Shown here piece by piece: positions 63,868-64,000 of a stretch of DNA of 64,000 nt. A program made the position numbers and the translations under genes. The stretch lies in assembly GCA_963789395.1 (NCBI GenBank), contig CAWBKP010000017.1, positions 54,612 through 118,611 of the forward strand, in the 5' to 3' direction. The notes under the pieces were generated by a model. The model saw only the letters and a program-made list of their open reading frames with translations, made no database searches and was not told the origin of the DNA. The stretch's first letter is position 1. Each line of letters begins with the position of its first letter. The DNA is from an uncultured delta proteobacterium (GTDB lineage Bacteria > Desulfobacterota > Desulfobacteria > Desulfobacterales > Desulfatirhabdiaceae).

Positions 63868-64000
63868 AAAATTCGAATTCAAAGCACGAAATTCGAAACA
63901 ACGATCAAAAACAAATTTTAGTAATTCTTACAGTATGTTGAAATTGTTTCGGATTCCGATATTCGAATTTTTGTCTGAACGGACTTTCCGTTGAGACACT
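63868..64000. repeat. Imperfect inverted heptamer repeat plus hairpin (copy 2)
   Basis: Left arm ...CGAAATTCGAAACAA, right arm TTGTTTCGGATTCCGATATTCGAATTT, then TGTCTGAACGGA-CTT-TCCGTTGAGACA. Confidence 0.75.

Overview
64 kb of mostly core chromosome from a bacterium whose gene content looks like a Desulfobacterota (deltaproteobacterial sulfate-reducer type); the taxonomy is inferred from gene families such as the C-X5-H-X15-C-X2-C adenylate kinase and DUF6178. It holds about 55 protein genes (fatty-acyl/aryl-CoA metabolism, a TPP-riboswitch-controlled thiamine ABC transporter, a MarR/Fe-S/molybdoenzyme unit, adk, rpsU, folC, rsmA, rpoH, mutS, amidase, paaK) and two tRNA-Arg genes. I saw no integrase, transposase, CRISPR array or rRNA. 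About 16 single-base frameshifts in about 14 genes, mostly +1 insertions, are most likely assembly errors. Best candidates for novelty: (1) a 6-TM hybrid sensor kinase translationally coupled to a PhcB-like SAM methyltransferase, a possible fatty-acid-methyl-ester quorum-sensing pair; (2) a HEAT-repeat/HD-GYP/cNMP-PilZ module near an orphan GAF-GspE ATPase; (3) a repeated heptamer-tract plus covarying hairpin element on both sides of paaK; (4) small proteins, including a 45-aa lipoprotein missed by the ORF track and a Cys-rich protein overlapping trxB. All family assignments come from motif recognition, not database searches.
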